Origin: Azolla caroliniana
Taxonomy: Eukaryota; Plantae; Polypodiophyta
Assembly: GCA_043228905.1 (NCBI GenBank)
Contig: JBHGNT010000016.1
Location: forward strand, 4,402,001-4,466,000
Direction of reading: 5' to 3'
Length of the DNA stretch: 64,000 nucleotides
Shown piece after piece: positions 36,615-59,979 of the stretch; position 1 is the stretch's first letter, and each line of letters begins with the position of its first letter. Position numbers and translations under genes: made by a program. Under the pieces are notes generated by a model. The model ran no database searches. It had not been told where the DNA came from and saw only the letters and a program-made list of their open reading frames with translations.

Positions 36615-37661
36615 GTATGAACTCAAAAGGCATGATTGAATCAGCATGCCGAGGGATGCTATGATTGCATTGTAGAAATGGACATAAATATGAACGAACA
36701 TAAAAAGAAACTGAACAATGAACATATACTGGGTACGGATGGAATCTACACCAGGAAGAGGAAACCAAGTATATATGGCATATAGAGAAAGGACTGTCAC
36801 CATGGATTGATAGTGGTTGAATCATGTAGAGTTGTGATTGGCAAATTGTTAACGAATCGAACATTATCCACATTAAGCTACATATTATCAATGGATATTC
36901 GAGCAACTACATATAGCATCAAGAACTATCATTTACAGTGATTGTAGTTCAATTTTCAGCTAATGAACATTCTCATCCAGAAGGAGAAGATGTCTATACT
37001 CAATCAAGGTGACAGATGCTCGACAGTAGACAGGGGAGTTGAAGCTCCGACATACTAGTCTTCCATAACATTGAAGAAGAGTGGATCTTTGTGTAGATGA
37101 GGCTCTTGAATTTGGTTTGCCCGGCACATGAAGTAGAAGACTCGTGGAAGTTTTCATGCCTGTGAATTCACTAAGGGATCTTCTTTTCAAAAATGACAGA
37201 TTTGCTCATGTGAGTGTTTTGATGATGATGATGAATACACCATTATTCTGTCGTAGCACCAAAAATAAAAACTGTTAGCCAGTTTATTCAAGGGAAATGT
37301 GGAGGACGATACACAGCATTAGAATAGCCCCAGTTTGATTTATAAAAAGGCAAGGGACAGGTAGAGTATAGCCCTTTGGGACCCAGTTCTTCAGTAGGGC
37401 GTCAACAGGACAGATTATCGACCTTAATGCCCTCACGTGAAAACTAATTTCTGGAACAATTTAGATAAACTTGTATTTACCGTTTTGTTGACTTGGTGAA
37501 CAATTCATCAGCACAAATAAGGAAAGAGAAGAATAACTAAGGATCAATTAAACCTCATAAACACTGATTAAGTATTTAGATTGTCGTTTCTGTAAATATA
37601 GAGAAGAGTGCAATCATTTAAATATTAGACCAACAATAGACTAACTAATAATATGAAAGAG

Positions 37662-37960
37662 AATGAGCTAAGAGGTCTCACAAATTGAGACATGTTTGGG
37701 TACAATGTGTCCCCACCCCTGTTTTTGTGTGGATGTGTATTTGTGTACCTCAGGTAATACCACTGATCACTAATCAATTATCTATACCAATATCCATGCA
37801 ATTCATGACCTACAATTATTGACAAAATCAATCAAGCAGGCATCACACATTTGACAATGAGCTAAGATGTTTCACAAATTGATGTATATGTTTGGTTACA
37901 ATGTATCCCCTCCCCAATTTTTGTGTGGATGTGTATTTGTGTACCTCTAGCAATATCACT
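37662..37960. repeat. Diverged ~195-bp-period direct duplication
   Basis: AATGAGCTAAGA...TTTTTGTGTGGATGTGTATTTGTGTACCTC at about 37662 and 37856. Confidence 0.75.
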
Positions 37961-39232
37961 GATTCTTGTTCATGAAATTGTTGGTTTTGAAAGTAATTAT
38001 GGCTTTCTGCTCATCTTAGTCTATCATCTACACAACTACCCATGCAAGTCATGACACAATCGATCAAATAGACATTACAAAAGAGGACAAATGTAACAAT
38101 GTGACTCCCACTATAGTCAAGGGAATCATGCATCCACATGATTGGGTTTTTGGCAAAACGAAACTACTAAGCTTTGTAATAAACCATACAATATCATTAT
38201 GTCACTTTTTTTGCAGTTTTAGGCCTCTTAACACAATTAGAATACGTATAATTCTTTCATCTTTTATTCCCATTCTGGGATGTAGAATAATTCAGGTGAT
38301 TGAAAGGCTTCCTTCATCAGCAGTTCAAAGATTTACCTTAGCTTGTACAAGCCATATTATTAAGGATAATTTGGCTCACAGCATGTACAGTCTCTTGTAT
38401 TTCTTTTTCAGACATGTAAGTAAACATAAACAGAGAGGGGACTTGGGAGGTGCCCCAAATGGTTCCTCTTCTATGGCTCCACTTGGCCGCATAATCACAT
38501 TTGCTTCCTTAAAGCACAACGTCAATCATTCTCATTACGCATAACAGTACATCTACTTTTCCATGTTGGTTGGAATATCTTTAGTAGGCCATTTAATAAC
38601 CCATGCAACCTGAGGGATTTGGGGTCACAACGCAAAAATGAAAAATCAGAAAACGTTTTACACGTTTATGCCATCAAAATCCAGAAGACCAATATAAAAA
38701 CAGAACTAAGATATTTCATTCTAGGACTGGCCATGCAGTCTCCTACCTAAGCTTGGTTGAAATGTAGCACATATTGTAATGCCTTTGTGTTCTTTGCCTT
38801 TTCAAAACTTGCTCTTGTAACTTTCTTACAATATGGAACTCATACACGCTTTACAATTAATAGATTTAATAAGTTATGTAGATATCCCCCATATCTACAA
38901 TCTTCTATCAGTAGCCAGCAAAGCATATTATACACGTCAGTATTGGAGAAACCTTGTGTATTGATGAGGAAAATGTCCCAAATACATCCAAATTAAGTGC
39001 AAAATGGAGTTCTCTCCAAATATTTGCTATACCTCATCTCTCGAGTATGATTTTTCAAGGTAGTTTTTCTAAGGTGAAAACTAAACCTTTTACAAACACT
39101 CAAGAGTAATCAAATAAATGGGATCATACTCCATGGTCACTGAAATTAGTAGCAAAAAATGAAGTTTTCTAGAAAATGGCTTTAAAATCAGAGCGCTCTT
39201 ATTGCCACACTTGTCTTTTAATATTTATAACT

Positions 39233-42200
39233 TCATGTGTCATTAACCTTTTCCTTGCCAAGCATCCTAATATCAGGAAGGCTTTCACATCCAGGACAGT
39301 TGTGTAAACTCTCATGGATATATATATCACAATCAAAACAAAAATGTTGTTTGCACCGAGGACATGCAACTCGGACTCCGGTCACTTTACCTCCTGTAAC
39401 ACCAAAAATAAATAGGGTTATCCTCATTGCTGATAGTTCTACACAATTCAATATACATATTCTGGGCTTGAGATTTAAAGATATGAATAACGTCATATGA
39501 TTTGATATAATTCACATTTTGCAAATAGATTATTTTACCTGCATAAGGAAGGTCTTGCTGGCATCCAAAACAGACCCTCGGGAGTTTAGAGACACCAACT
39601 AATGATATTTCTTCAAATGCTTGAATAGGAAATAGATGGTGGTAGGACCTTGCTAAATGTGGAGAAGAAACAAGCGTAAGATCACAGATATTACACTTTG
39701 TCGGTAACTCACAGACGCGTGCCTTGCACTGCGGACATGTATAACACACACCAACTTTCACCTCTTTATGGCATGCACATAAAGCAACAGACTCTTCTGA
39801 GCACCTCTCTGGGAAACCCATTCTTACAAGGCTTGCAATAGCAGATTCCGCAATAGCAGGTGGTGGAGGTGCATGCTCAAATATAAGCTCCTTCAAATGA
39901 CTCTGAGATGACACAAGTAAACAGCACTGTTATTACGAACCAGAGATAACAATTTGTAACATCTATATATCTTTTATTACCTCATTTAATGAGACGGAAT
40001 ATACACCACCTGTCTCCTCACAGAGGAGCTTACAGACGTAAATCTCTGCTGATAATCCCACAATAGAACACCGTATTTTGGCATCCTTACACTTCTTGAG
40101 AGTCTCCATTATATCTCCTGGATCACATGTGTTTAATGCAGAGAATATAATTAGTACTTCCCTGTGGCCATAAGATGGTATCTGAGCTAGAAAACTTCTC
40201 GAAAGCTCTAGGGCATTCTGAAGAGATGCATCACCACCACATTCCATGCTATTTCGCAAAGCTTTGATGTGTGCTTCAGGACTTCCACTGAGATCTGTCA
40301 GTCGATGTGCTATTCCATTTCTTATCGCTATCAGGCCAAGATGGCTCAAAGGATTTTGATCAAAGTACTCCCTAATAAAGGATTCCACTGCATTAACAAC
40401 TACAGCTATGTTGTTTGGGCGGTAGTCCATCTCCGCTGCTGCCTAGGCAAATCACAGGTTAATAAATTCAGGGTCATGAAATTTGATGAACACCTACGGT
40501 TTTATACTGACATTACTTAATATTGTCACTTAATTAACAGAGCCAAAACATTACTTAATGAGCAATCACTATATCACACTTCCATGTTTGAATATAACCC
40601 AGGGCAAAATGATATATGACCGCAATATCAACGGCAAGTGAATCTTTTATGACCTGCAGATAGAGGAGGTTGTGAGGGTAGAATGCACATAAAAAACGAG
40701 AAACTGATGGAAGATGAAAGAGGAGATATCTGCCACCATGAATACTGAAGTAATGTGTGCAAACAAAAAATAAATTAAAAATCTTGAAATACCAGCGGTT
40801 GAAATGACAGAGGCTATGAGGAAGACATAAAGAGCTTATGAAGTCTGAAGAAAAATTGAAGGGTACTGCAGTATTTTACACGGACCAATCTGTGCAAAAA
40901 GAAAAATCAAGAAAGGCTAGGAAATGGCAGAAAAACAAAAGGAGATGCAATCATGACAAGAAATGATCAAAGAAGCAAAAAAACAACACAGAGAAAAAGG
41001 AAAATGCACTTGAATAAACCTTAAGTGTGGTTGAAAAGAAACACATCGAAATGCCATTGAACAACTCGAGTGATCAATGCAGAAATACGAATATACATTT
41101 TGCAGAAAAAGTGGAAGGGTGGGCAGAAAAGGCTGGCCCACAAGAAGATTGTAAGAGTGTGCTAGAAATCCACATTGCCATTACATAGTCTCTATGGATT
41201 GCTTGGAAGAAGATCTCTCTCACAACAGAAGGGCACTCAATGGAGAAAAGACGTTTTTGGATGATAACCTGACAAGAAGACAGTTATCACACAAGGAGAA
41301 TATGATGACAACAGATGAAATCAAAAATAGTTTACAGCGTTCATAGGAAATCAGTGTTTTTATTAGAAAGAGGTTTGTAGGATGTGATGCTACCAATTAG
41401 CCCTACAGATATGAAATTGCACTCGATCTTTAGGGACAAATGCAAGCTCCAAAGATACTTTCAATCATAAATGGAAGTACCTGATCTACAAGCCTCTAAA
41501 TTCCATGTAGGAATCATTATTCTGCAACTAAGATCCACAATAACAAGCATCAGACATTAAGGTGGAGCGGTGATGTTGGATGGACATATCTCTACACATC
41601 AGAATCCAATGCTAACTAGACAGGCCATGTGTTGATTATGCAGCCTGCTATGCCTGAAGCCTCAAGTCCAACGACCATTGTTGACCGTTCACGAGCTATA
41701 ATATAAATCTCTATAAATATAGGTTAGAGAGAACTATTGTTTACAGAGTTCAAAGGAAATCACGAAGTTAAAAATATTAGACCTTACAAATATAGAAATG
41801 CAATGTAACTTTGGGACAAATGCATGCTTCGAGGAAACAATCACAAGCCGTCTAGGTTACAAATAGGAATCGCTGTTCTGCAACCAACAATGCACATTGC
41901 ACAATAACAAGCATCAGGCATTAAGGTGGAGTGGTGAAGTTGGATGCGCACACCTCCACACGTCAAAACCAATGCTAACTAAGCAGCCCATGTGTCTGCT
42001 GATCATGCAGGCTGCCATCCCTAGTATTACAGATTGGACTAATGATGAGAAAAAGAATAAGAGATTACGGAGAAGAATGCATTACGGGTGTTTGACAATG
42101 CCAACCACCCCAGAGCGAAGGACATGAGACAGACAAAATACAATCGGTGTCCCATACCACCAAATATTACCTTATGTTATACCTTGGTTGTTGAATGAAA

Positions 42201-45200
42201 GATCCGAAGACAAGAGCTAGTCTCACCAGTAGAGTCTCGACAGTGTCTCAAGTTTCCGTGATGAAAGGGGTAGCTAGTCCCCTTTCTATAGCTCAACGCC
42301 GAAGGCTCCCAGACCACCACATGTTCCTGCATGTCATTGGTTCTTATGGGTTTGTCCAAGTTCCTAGTATAACATGTTGACTATCTTAACCTTAGCCCAT
42401 TAAAAACACCTGGACCCTCAAGTCTAATGATCATTGTTGGCAGTTCATGGGCTATAATGTCAATCCTATAGCTTTAAGTTAGAAATGTAAGGGGTAGAAA
42501 AAAGGGCACTTTTGAGTTATTGAAACTAGCTTTCTTTTTAAGCATCAATTGATCGTTGTTAAAATAAGAGTGTCATTGTAAGGCTCATTCATGAGCCACT
42601 AGGAATTAAGTTGGAAGGAAGGTAGATGTAAGGTGATGACGGTTGGAAGTCGGCTCGTCCTTATTCCCTGCTCTATATAAGCAACACCATAATGATCTCA
42701 AGAGTAAGTTTGTAGGGGAGATCTCTGCCCAGATGAATCCCCTCAACCTACCAACAGGGGGATACAGAGCATGAAAGCATGGTTGATTGATCCCAAAGGG
42801 CCCCATCACTCAGTGAGATGGCAAATGGTTAACTCTTGGTTAGCATCAATAGATCGTTGTTAAAATAAGAGTGTCATTGTAAGGCTCATTCATGAGCCAC
42901 TAGGAATTAAGTTGGAAGGAAGGTAGATGTAAGGTGATGAAGGTTGGAAGTCTGCTCGTCCTTATTCCCTGCTCTATATAAGCAGCACCATAATGATCTC
43001 AAGAGTACGTTTGTAAGGGATATCTCTGCCCAGAAGAATCCCCTCAACCTACCAACAGGGGGATACAGAGCATGAAAGCATGGTTGATTGATCCCAAAGG
43101 GCCCCATCACTCAGCAAGATGGCAAATGGTTAACTCTTGGTTAGCACTTGATTATTACTTAAATTAGAGTGGACAGAGGGATTCTTAAAAACAGTACAGT
43201 TACACAAGCTCAATTTTATTCCCTCTCACTTAAGAATTAATATACTTCTGTTTAAATAGAGCAGGAAATAAGGAAAAGGAATTCATGCCTCCATCACCTT
43301 AACTGTACCTTGCTTCCTGCTTAATTCTAATGAGCATGAGCTTCACAATAGCGCTCTTACTTTAACAATGATCAAATGAATATGAAAAATAAAGCTAATT
43401 CTAATGAGTCCAAAAGTGTTTATTTTCAACCTCACGTTTCTAACCTACATTTAAAGAGAGTGTGATTAATGCATTACATTATAGCCTGCTGGACAGAACT
43501 ATTTTCACTTCGACTATCTCACATAGAACATGTGATGTTCTCTTGCCCAATTTCAAGAATTCCAGGAGCGCAAGATAAAGAAAAACGAAAAATAATATTC
43601 CCTAATGTCACAAACTAAAAAAATGACAGCTACGATGGCATAATCCCCTGTTGAAACTATGCAAGCAGTCCCATTACATGCCTGCAATACATGCTAACAG
43701 ATAATATAGGACAATGGTGTGTTAACTCATGCAATTTGTGTCATCGAATAAATTGTTATCACAACACATCTCCATCTTCGAATGTCATAATGTAACATTC
43801 CAAGTATCTGGGTAGTAGTCTCTAAGTGACCATAACATGTCAGTTCTACTTTAGCCATAAACCCCATCTCTTGAAAGATGGAGATGCGTTGAGTATGCAT
43901 GGGCTTTATAGCCTTCATGCACTGGTAACTACATATAACAAAAAAGATTGCACTTACACATATAGAGAAGGTTCATATCTTAGATGTCAAATTTAGATGG
44001 GAATTTATTTTCCTGGTATCTCGACTGGTGCTATTTCAAATATAATGAGAAATCGCATTTTTATGTACTTGGTCTTTACTGAAGGTGTTAATGCACATGA
44101 ACTTGAAACTAATTTGTTTGCAGTAGATAGAAAAAGGAACGTTTCTTGAACACTTTCAGAAATTGTTTTCCAGATGCTCTGCCAGGAGAGTTACCTTTTG
44201 AAACGACAGAGGATTGTACAATTGATATTATCAAGGGTGTGGTCCACATAACATACCACCTTACAGGGTTTGTGTGGCTCAACAAAAAGACATTATGAGT
44301 CAAGTAAATGATTTTTGGAGAATAGGGCTAATGCAGACCGCTTCATCTCCTTATTGTTATACAGCAATTTCTGTAGAAGAAAGATGGTTCTTTGCATATG
44401 TAATTTGATTATCATGAATTGTACAAGAACAAAAATTCTGCTAAGATTATTTTTTATACCAAGGATTGACAATATCCTTGATCGATTTGAAAATCGCCAT
44501 GCAGTCCTAGCAGGGTCTGTAGCTCAAAACTCGCTAATATATTAGATGGATGTAACGCCCATTTTTCTGAAAGGATGTAGTTATTCATGAAGCAACCACA
44601 CGACTTTGATCATCCTTAATTCTGAAAGAAAGATCTTGAGGTTGCGGAAAGCTGTGTGTGAGCTGGTTAAGCAGGCATCAAGGACTTGATTGGAGTGGAT
44701 GGATGGATTCCTTGCAGAAGGCAGAATTAGCAGATGTACAGAGGATCCTCCCCTCTTCATCAGAACTGCTGTGAGCAGATAATGATTATGTGATGACAGT
44801 CCTGATAAGGTCCACAGCTCAGAACTACCATCCAATATATTAGATGAATGTGAAGTCCTCTTTTCTGAATGGATATCTCAAGGCAGAGGCATTCATGGAG
44901 TAACCATCTAATTTTGAGCTGATTGATTCAGAAAGATGTGGGAAGGATGTCAGAAGTCCACACAATGGTTCCAATAAGTGCACACTCATACCATCTCTAG
45001 CAATGAGTGTAGTCTTGAAGACAACAAGAATCATGAGCTTCTAGGATTTCAAGTGATTTGATAGTAGAAGTAAAAAAGAAGCATTTATTCTGCTTTCCAT
45101 TCCACCATGACTGAGACACGATAACTTCTGTTGCTCTATTTGATATGATTCGGACCAGATTAAGAAAACTGGTATTGTTTTAGGGTTTCAAAGAACATAC

Positions 45201-45506
45201 CCGAGACATGTCGACGACAATGTACAAGTAGCGGATGATGCCACGCTGGATACGGGAGACTACAACAGTCTGGATGCGGCGCCGGTGCTGCCGCTGCTGC
45301 TCGGCTTTGTCGAAGGAGCGGAGGAGGAGGCCAGACTCATCCTCTTGAAGAGATTCCCATGACCTCTCATCGGCATACGCTCGCTCCCACGCCTCCTGGC
45401 CTTTCCTACCTCCTGCTCCTCCATCTTCCTCCTCCTCCTCCTCCTCCTCTTCTTCCTCCTCCTCCATCTGCTGGGATTTCCTTAGCGAGTGAGGGCGTGA
45501 AGCCAT
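39233..45506 (-). CDS. GTF2H2: General transcription factor IIH subunit 2 (p44/Ssl1), 4 exons, ~430 aa
   Basis: Exons 45506-45201, 40442-39981, 39902-39539, 39393-39233, GT-AG and in phase. WERAYADERSWESLQEDESG, vWA domain (IIRYLYIVVDMSRAAAEMDYRP...FDQNPLSHLG), C4 zinc finger (CPQC..C..C, LVSSPHLARSYHHLFP) and C-terminal CFDCDIYIHESLHNCPGC. Intron 1 is about 4.76 kb. Confidence 0.96.
41330..42460. repeat. Old ~400-bp tandem duplication in GTF2H2 intron 1; second copy interrupted by a solo LTR
   Basis: CACAATAACAAGCATCAG.CATTAAGGTGGAG and flanking blocks are shared between about 41330-41700 and 41740-42460. Confidence 0.75.
42025..42408. mobile_element. Solo LTR (384 bp), distantly related to 33358-33802
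   Basis: TA(from TG)...ACA ends, TSD CCTAG/CCTGG, absent from the paralogous duplicate. Shares ATCGG.GTCCCATACCACC and AGAGTCTCGACA with the 33358 LTR. Confidence 0.7.
42541..43147. repeat. 301-bp tandem duplication (LTR-like content)
   Basis: Near-identical units start at 42541 and 42842, which explains the twin 67-aa ORFs. Each unit contains TGTAAGG... and TATATAAG. Confidence 0.92.
44300..45040 (-). mobile_element. Possible decayed L1-type LINE endonuclease region
   Basis: Only weak motif remnants (SSKLDG ~ SRLDR, LSSH ~ LSDH). Confidence 0.35.
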
Positions 45507-47567
45507 GCGGGGGTGAGATCCAGGTATGGAAGGTTTCCGGTGGTGCCTGCAGTCCACCCGAGTGGCAGAATCTGCTGCTGCTGAAGCCTTGGTTGTCTGC
45601 CTTTTCTAAGAGTAGCAGCAAGAGTAGAATATAGATTAATAGAAGTAACAGTCGAGTATGTATGTAGCGTATTTGGGCTGGGAAACAGAGCCCCCCACCC
45701 CCTCTCCTCTGTTCTTATTACTTAAGCAACACAATACTCCTTCTTTTCTTCTCTCTGTTGGTCTTGTCCCACTCACACCTTTTGCTGATGGTGTCCATTG
45801 TCCAGGGAGAAAAGGGGGGTCTTCTTAAGACGTCTCCAGAGGGAGAGGGATGTGGACATGTCACATGACATGTCGCGGTAGAAGTGATGTCCCAAGGGCC
45901 CGGAAGTTCCGATTGTGTATACTCCAAAACTTAATGCCTGATGTTTGGCTATGGAGGAAAGCTCACTTTTAGAAGACAATCTTACAACATGATAATGGAA
46001 GGAACGCAAGTTGAAGCATGAAACATTGGATCGATAGGGATTTAACATTAAAGGGGAGGGCATTGCAATCAAGGACCAATTCACAATCTCTAACATCATT
46101 GAATTTTGTCGCGGGCAACTATGGGCACATATTGGAATCATATTTCAAGTATATCCTCGATCATGATGAAGGGATTGATATCTTAGTAGTGCGCAGTTGC
46201 AAAAGGATCAATCACTAATGTAGCAAGCAAACAAAGGTGCTAGAAGCCAATAAAAATGTCAAGGAACTAATCAACGAGAACATGAGTGAAAAAAACAAAA
46301 GTGTTTGCAAACTACCCAACACACAAACTTGTTTGGGGATTTGGGGGAAATTGCTTCAACAATCACAAAAGAAAATGGTACAATAAAACAATGAGTAGAA
46401 ATCTCAATGTTAAATCAAAGAAATGATCGTGACCATCGAGTGTGATGCATTGCATATATGCCCTCCCTTTTTATACATGGCAAGTTTTAGTATCTGTATG
46501 TTTGTCATTTGCCCACAAACATGTACATAAAAATATGCATGTGAGATGGGTTTCATTGTCAACACGATAAACTTACGATCATTTATTTTGAGCATCGATT
46601 GGCTCACCGCAAAAGGGAATGGGAACATGGATCCAAATACCAATGTTAGAATCTAATTCATGATTGATGGTTACTCCACCAAACAAATGACTAGTTGGAG
46701 GGTGGCTAAGGTCACCCTAATATAGGTGGCTCACCTAGTGCATGGTGTGAAGTCGACAAGTTGATTGAATCCTATCCCATCCACTAGACGGGAAAATTCT
46801 TGAAATACACTGAAGTCTTTTTTCTATATCCCCACCACCACAAAACAAGTCTCCACAGATTTTCATTGTTTCCTTAAACGATAATGTTCGATCACCTTCT
46901 CTTTGAGTAGATGGCATGTGGTACTTGAGAGAAACTACAGACCGAAAAAACGTTTGGAAACTTATACAAGAATAATAACATTGTACCAAATCCATGGCAA
47001 TAGGCCCATGAGAGAGTTCGGATATGATTTATTCACGACTCTAGGTCTCGAACTTGGTTTCTCTTAATTCTATTTCGGATTTGAGAGAGAGAGAGTGTGC
47101 GTGTGTGTATTTGAGAAAGAGAGCCTAGGAGATGGAAGGAGAGGAATGGGTGGCCATATGGCATGTGCTTTACCTCTGTTTCTTTTTTCATTGTAATTTA
47201 TGATGCTTTCATACTTATCTTCAATTTAATGCACATGCACGTGGATGGCAACATTTTATTTGATTTCTTTTCTATTATTCATTCTCTCTTTATAGAAATA
47301 AATGAACACATGTATTCCCAGCTATTGTTATAAGAATCCCTATACACTTCTACCATCTATTCTGTCAAATCCTTTCTTACATGCAGAAACACACCCACCC
47401 ACACATACTGCCATCATGGATCATGGTAATGGAGGAAAACAATATTTAGGTCTATTTGCATATAATGAAATCAAGATCAATGCATTCAATGGTTTTTAAA
47501 CTATCGCGTCTTAAAATCATGTGGTGAAGGTGGAGTGGTTAACGTTTATGTTGACAATTTTATCAAT

Positions 47568-57234
<9,667 letters not shown>

Positions 57235-57242
57235 GCACAGGG

Positions 57243-57374
57243 AAATTCTAGAACACAAGGCTAATGGCATAGACATCTCATTGTTTGTTTTGAGATTTTG
57301 AAACTTCTGCAAAATTCTAGAATACTAGGCTAATGGCATAGACATCTCATTGTTTGTTTTGAGATTTTGAAACA
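57243..57374. repeat. ~68-bp tandem duplication in the NADP-ME 3' UTR
   Basis: AAATTCTAGAA...GGCTAATGGCATAGACATCTCATTGTTTGTTTTGAGATTTTGAAAC occurs twice. Confidence 0.9.
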
Positions 57375-59239
57375 TCTGTACATACAGGGATTAACCCTCT
57401 CAGCAAGCGTAGTACTCTTTAAGTAAATAAATAAAGTGCGGAAATTCCAACATTTTAGTACTGGTTCTAATGAATCAGAAGGTTAATCTCTACAAAGTTT
57501 TGAGTTGTTTCTTGTGTCCAATAACTCGAGTGGGAATGGAAAGATTGCAAGGCCTGTTGGATTCATTTTAAAGACAAAATGTAAGGGGCTTAATTTTTGC
57601 ATCCAATCCCTTGCAGCCTTGTGGAAGAATCAAAACTCTCTTAATTTCTTGGTATCAAAAATATATCTGAATTTGAAAAGGTGAACTAAGTCCTAAAAGC
57701 TAGGGTTCCAATGCTTTGATGTTTTATAATGAGATGAGATCTAGTGTCATTATTGGTTTGAACTTTTCCATGCCTTGTGATTTCTCTTCACTTGTTCATG
57801 CTCAAACATTCAAGTTTTTTTGCTGCAAAAATGAACGGAGTGCATTGGCTTGACATTAGATTCATGTGAAGAATTGGGATTGAATATATTTTTTTGCATT
57901 ACATTGGTCATGAGTTCTTATTGTGAAGTTTCCACCAATTTCTTCTAATGATAGAGCTAATGTATATGCCATAAACTTAGCAGCGGTGGCCAAAGAAAAT
58001 GGTCCTTGAGAGTTTGGCAATTGGTATATAGGCATTCACAGGAGGAGTATTTACAATGCCTTGAACAATGAGTGTCCATTTGACCTTGTTTATTTATTTA
58101 TACATCCATACGTTTCTTCTGGCATCTAGGTGGTATGGCTTATTTTTAGAAAACCCTAAACCCTAAACCCATTCTTCTCACGATACTTGCCATATTCGTA
58201 CAATCCATTGATCATCATTGTAAAGCCATAAACGCTCTAGCCTCTTTAAGGAACCTGGACTAGGATTAGGTGTTTTCCTGGAGCTCTTGCAGCCCGTGTC
58301 ATGTGAGATGGGTTTAATGTTCAATAGTGAAAACCTTGAAAGAAGAGGATACATAAAAAGAAAGATGAAAAAAGTTGCAGCTGACTGTGAAAACCAGCCA
58401 GATTGTTCCAAGGGGTAAATAAAGACAAGTAGGTTATGAACGAGCAATGCTTTGAATGCAGCCCTAGAGTGTTAGAAGTTCTACGTTATGACTCCCCAAT
58501 ATGTGAAATTTTTGATTATTCTTCGTGATATTCAAACATAACATAATCTGAATGGAGTTCTATCCGAAACAAGCAGTTTTATGGAAGTCTTATCAATAGA
58601 ATCGTCATTTCTCTAAGATCTGGGCATAATCAATTCCAATTTCTTTTTCTCTGGCATTCCACGTATTGTTGTATTAATCGGGATTACTAATAATATAAAT
58701 GCTTTTGGCATTTGGCGGTACGAGAAAGCAATAAGTACGCCGCACATCATTCATGCGTTTTACTTTGCAACCTGACATTAAAACGCAATGGACAAAGGCT
58801 TCTGATGGGTGGAGAAACAGAGTGTCGTAACTTGTTTATGGCAACCCCCAGAAAAACATGTATGTGTTTTTTTGTTACTGGAATTCGACCCCTCTCTAAC
58901 TGTGATAGAAAAGCCTACCCATTCAAAAGTAAAAAAGGATTTCTATTGTATAGAAATCCGATTCGATTAATAGTGACCGAGACAAAGAAAGATTCATATG
59001 TACAATATTCTTGTTTTATATTATGTCAATCTCAGATATCAATGATAGATCTCTAAAACATAATCTGGACTAGGTGAGTACTATATTTGTGTGTAAAATA
59101 AATAGTACTACCTTAATGAACTTGTTGCAGTACAAAGGCAGTTGGTAAGTGCGAAAAGTAAACACTATTGAGGATTATAGAGAAGCAGAACATTCAGTAT
59201 CATCAGTTCCCCGAACCAAAGGATTTTTATCGCGGCTCA

Positions 59240-59660
59240 ACAAGTTTAAATCAATTTCACAGGCTTATATTCATGGGAGTTTATGGAATGCAAGAGTATA
59301 GATGGAAATTCATATTTGAATCTTCTATTGAGTAAGAGTCCAGACAGTTGTGCTCCCGTGGTGAAGGTAAAAAGAAAGGTACCAGGGATCCCAAAACAAA
59401 ATCCAATTTTGTTTTATCCATCTATTGAAGGTTTGGAATACGAAATTTTTTGTTGATATCACTCTAGTGGATGAAGATTTCCTATCAGGTTTTATGAACC
59501 AAAGCGTAATAGAATCCGTAGAGGGTTGGGGATTCTCCAAAAAACAATCTACCTTGGATGCTAATAATTGGAATAATTGGATAGGTTCTTTTTATAGATA
59601 TAATTTACCACTAGAAGTTTGGGATAGCATAGTACCCCAAAAAATGGGAACTCAATTTAT
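59240..59660 (+). pseudogene. ycf1: Plastid-derived ycf1 fragment (NUPT); may extend over about 58450-59900
   Basis: SISQAYIHGSLW (~59251) resembles Ycf1 SLSQAYVFYKL. NNWNNWIGSFYRYNLPLEVWDSIVPQKW (~59563-59648, with a 1-nt slip) resembles Ycf1 WKNWL...YQY.L....W..LVPQKW. Frame-disrupted. Confidence 0.7.
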
Positions 59661-59979
59661 GTAATTTTGATACGTTGAAAAATACCAAAACAAAGATTCT
59701 AAAGTAATAAAAAATCGACCCTTAAGAGGAAGAAGAATCACAAAGCTATTCCATCTACACAAAAAATCCCTTATTGCAGAACCGGATTGACAATTATAAT
59801 GAACGTTTTCTAATATATTTATTTTTGTTAAATAGTTTTACCAATTTTCTGCTACATGGGCATACCCAGCTATTTGCTAAACAACAAGATTCCCTATAAG
59901 CAAACTTTTGAGTTCAAGCTTTTAATCCATGTTTTATATGATATATAATTTATAAATATTTGATGGGTTGGATGAGCTT

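Noticed and set aside
42541-43147. TRIM (LTR-short internal-LTR) or duplicated 67-aa genes
   Set aside because: No PBS or PPT, and the spacer is also present before the first unit, so it is a plain tandem duplication.
58151-58170. Chromosome end or large interstitial telomere
   Set aside because: Only two to three CCCTAAA units, at most a telo-box or repair patch.
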